A stretch of DNA of 32,000 bases from Nostoc sp. PCC 7120 = FACHB-418 (GTDB lineage: Bacteria > Cyanobacteriota > Cyanobacteriia > Cyanobacteriales > Nostocaceae). The notes beneath the pieces are model-generated. The model did not search any database and was not told the DNA's origin. It saw only the letters and a program-made list of their open reading frames with translations. Each line of letters begins with the position of its first letter. The stretch's first letter is position 1. Location of the stretch: the NCBI RefSeq assembly GCF_000009705.1, contig NC_003272.1, positions 3,540,001-3,572,000 on the forward strand, given 5' to 3'. Made by a program: the position numbers and the translations under genes. Positions 31,452 to 32,000 of the stretch are shown here, piece by piece.

Positions 31452-32000
31452 CAGCTAATAGCTTGCTCTCAAAAATTGCGTTTTATTAAGTAATTTGGGG
31501 CTTTTGGAGTAAAAGTTATATTTTATACATTTAAAAGTTAATCTACTCAAACTAAAGCCCAGTTTTTCATTATCTCACTATATAATTCAGGTTTTACTTA
31601 AAAATAAATAAGCTACAAAAGTAAGCAGTTTTTTTTACTTAGCTTTACTGTGGTCAATTGTCATTGGCATCACGTTTTTTTACTAATTTGAGAGTAGTAT
31701 TACATATCTATGTATCATAAAAATTAGCTGAGGATAAATACTCACTAGTATTTGTCCTTAAAATATTTATCTCTGTAACTATTGACATATATCAGGTGTA
31801 AGCTAATATAAAGGAAATATGAACATAGCTTAACTCAGTAGGTTTAACATAACTTTTTTGTATTATAATTGATTATTATAATGTCTATCAGATAAAATAA
31901 TAAGTTAGAGAATACACATATTGTCTAAGCAATAATGCTGTCATTTATGACAATTTTTATGGCAATTTTTGTCCAGGAAATTGTTAAGTTTTGTTAAGAA

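Noticed and set aside
31452-32000. The AT-rich 550 bp at the window end, examined for an ORF, RNA gene or riboswitch upstream of glsA
   Set aside because: There is no ORF, no conserved GC-rich helices and no recognisable riboswitch core (for example the glutamine-riboswitch-like GGAAG...GAAGGAACGC). It is most likely plain promoter or spacer DNA truncated by the window edge.

Overview
This looks like a chromosomal segment of a filamentous, heterocyst-forming cyanobacterium (Nostoc/Anabaena type). Support: about 30 perfect HIP1 octamers (GCGATCGC) counted by eye, heptamer STRR-like tandem repeats, several MITE-like elements, a HetP-family gene and a natE-like gene. From memory, the gene order matches the all2901-all2934 region of Nostoc sp. 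PCC 7120 (hetP paralog alr2902, iota-CA All2909, natE all2912, ecaA all2929). I cannot verify that without a search. I call about 35 CDS, one tRNA-Ser(GGA) and one truncated SDR pseudogene. I see no rRNA, CRISPR array, transposase or integrase. Genes from 4.5 to 20.5 kb all lie on the minus strand. Main points of interest: (1) an exported iota-class (COG4337, HHSS-motif) carbonic anhydrase sits directly downstream of a Tat-exported beta-CA, and an exported alpha-CA (EcaA) lies 15 kb away, apparently co-transcribed with a stand-alone cNMP-binding-domain protein; (2) a tightly coupled operon encodes a non-canonical P1B-like ATPase (no CPC-type motif, Cys-less HMA-like N-terminus, Cys/His-rich insert), a JAMM/MPN+ metalloprotease and a MoeZ-type E1-like adenylyltransferase-rhodanese, with no sulfur-carrier gene visible; (3) a GluR0-type ionotropic glutamate-receptor homolog lacks the K+ channel TVGYG signature; (4) a MITE family has ends that abut stop codons and bracket the iota-CA gene, and another MITE-like hairpin has a 10-bp target-site duplication; (5) a candidate small RNA and a 34-codon membrane ORF lie downstream of the hetP-like gene; (6) a tRNA-Ser locus is flanked by a truncated SDR gene, miaE and higBA. 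All functional calls rest on motif recognition by eye and on recalled family knowledge. None has been checked against a database.
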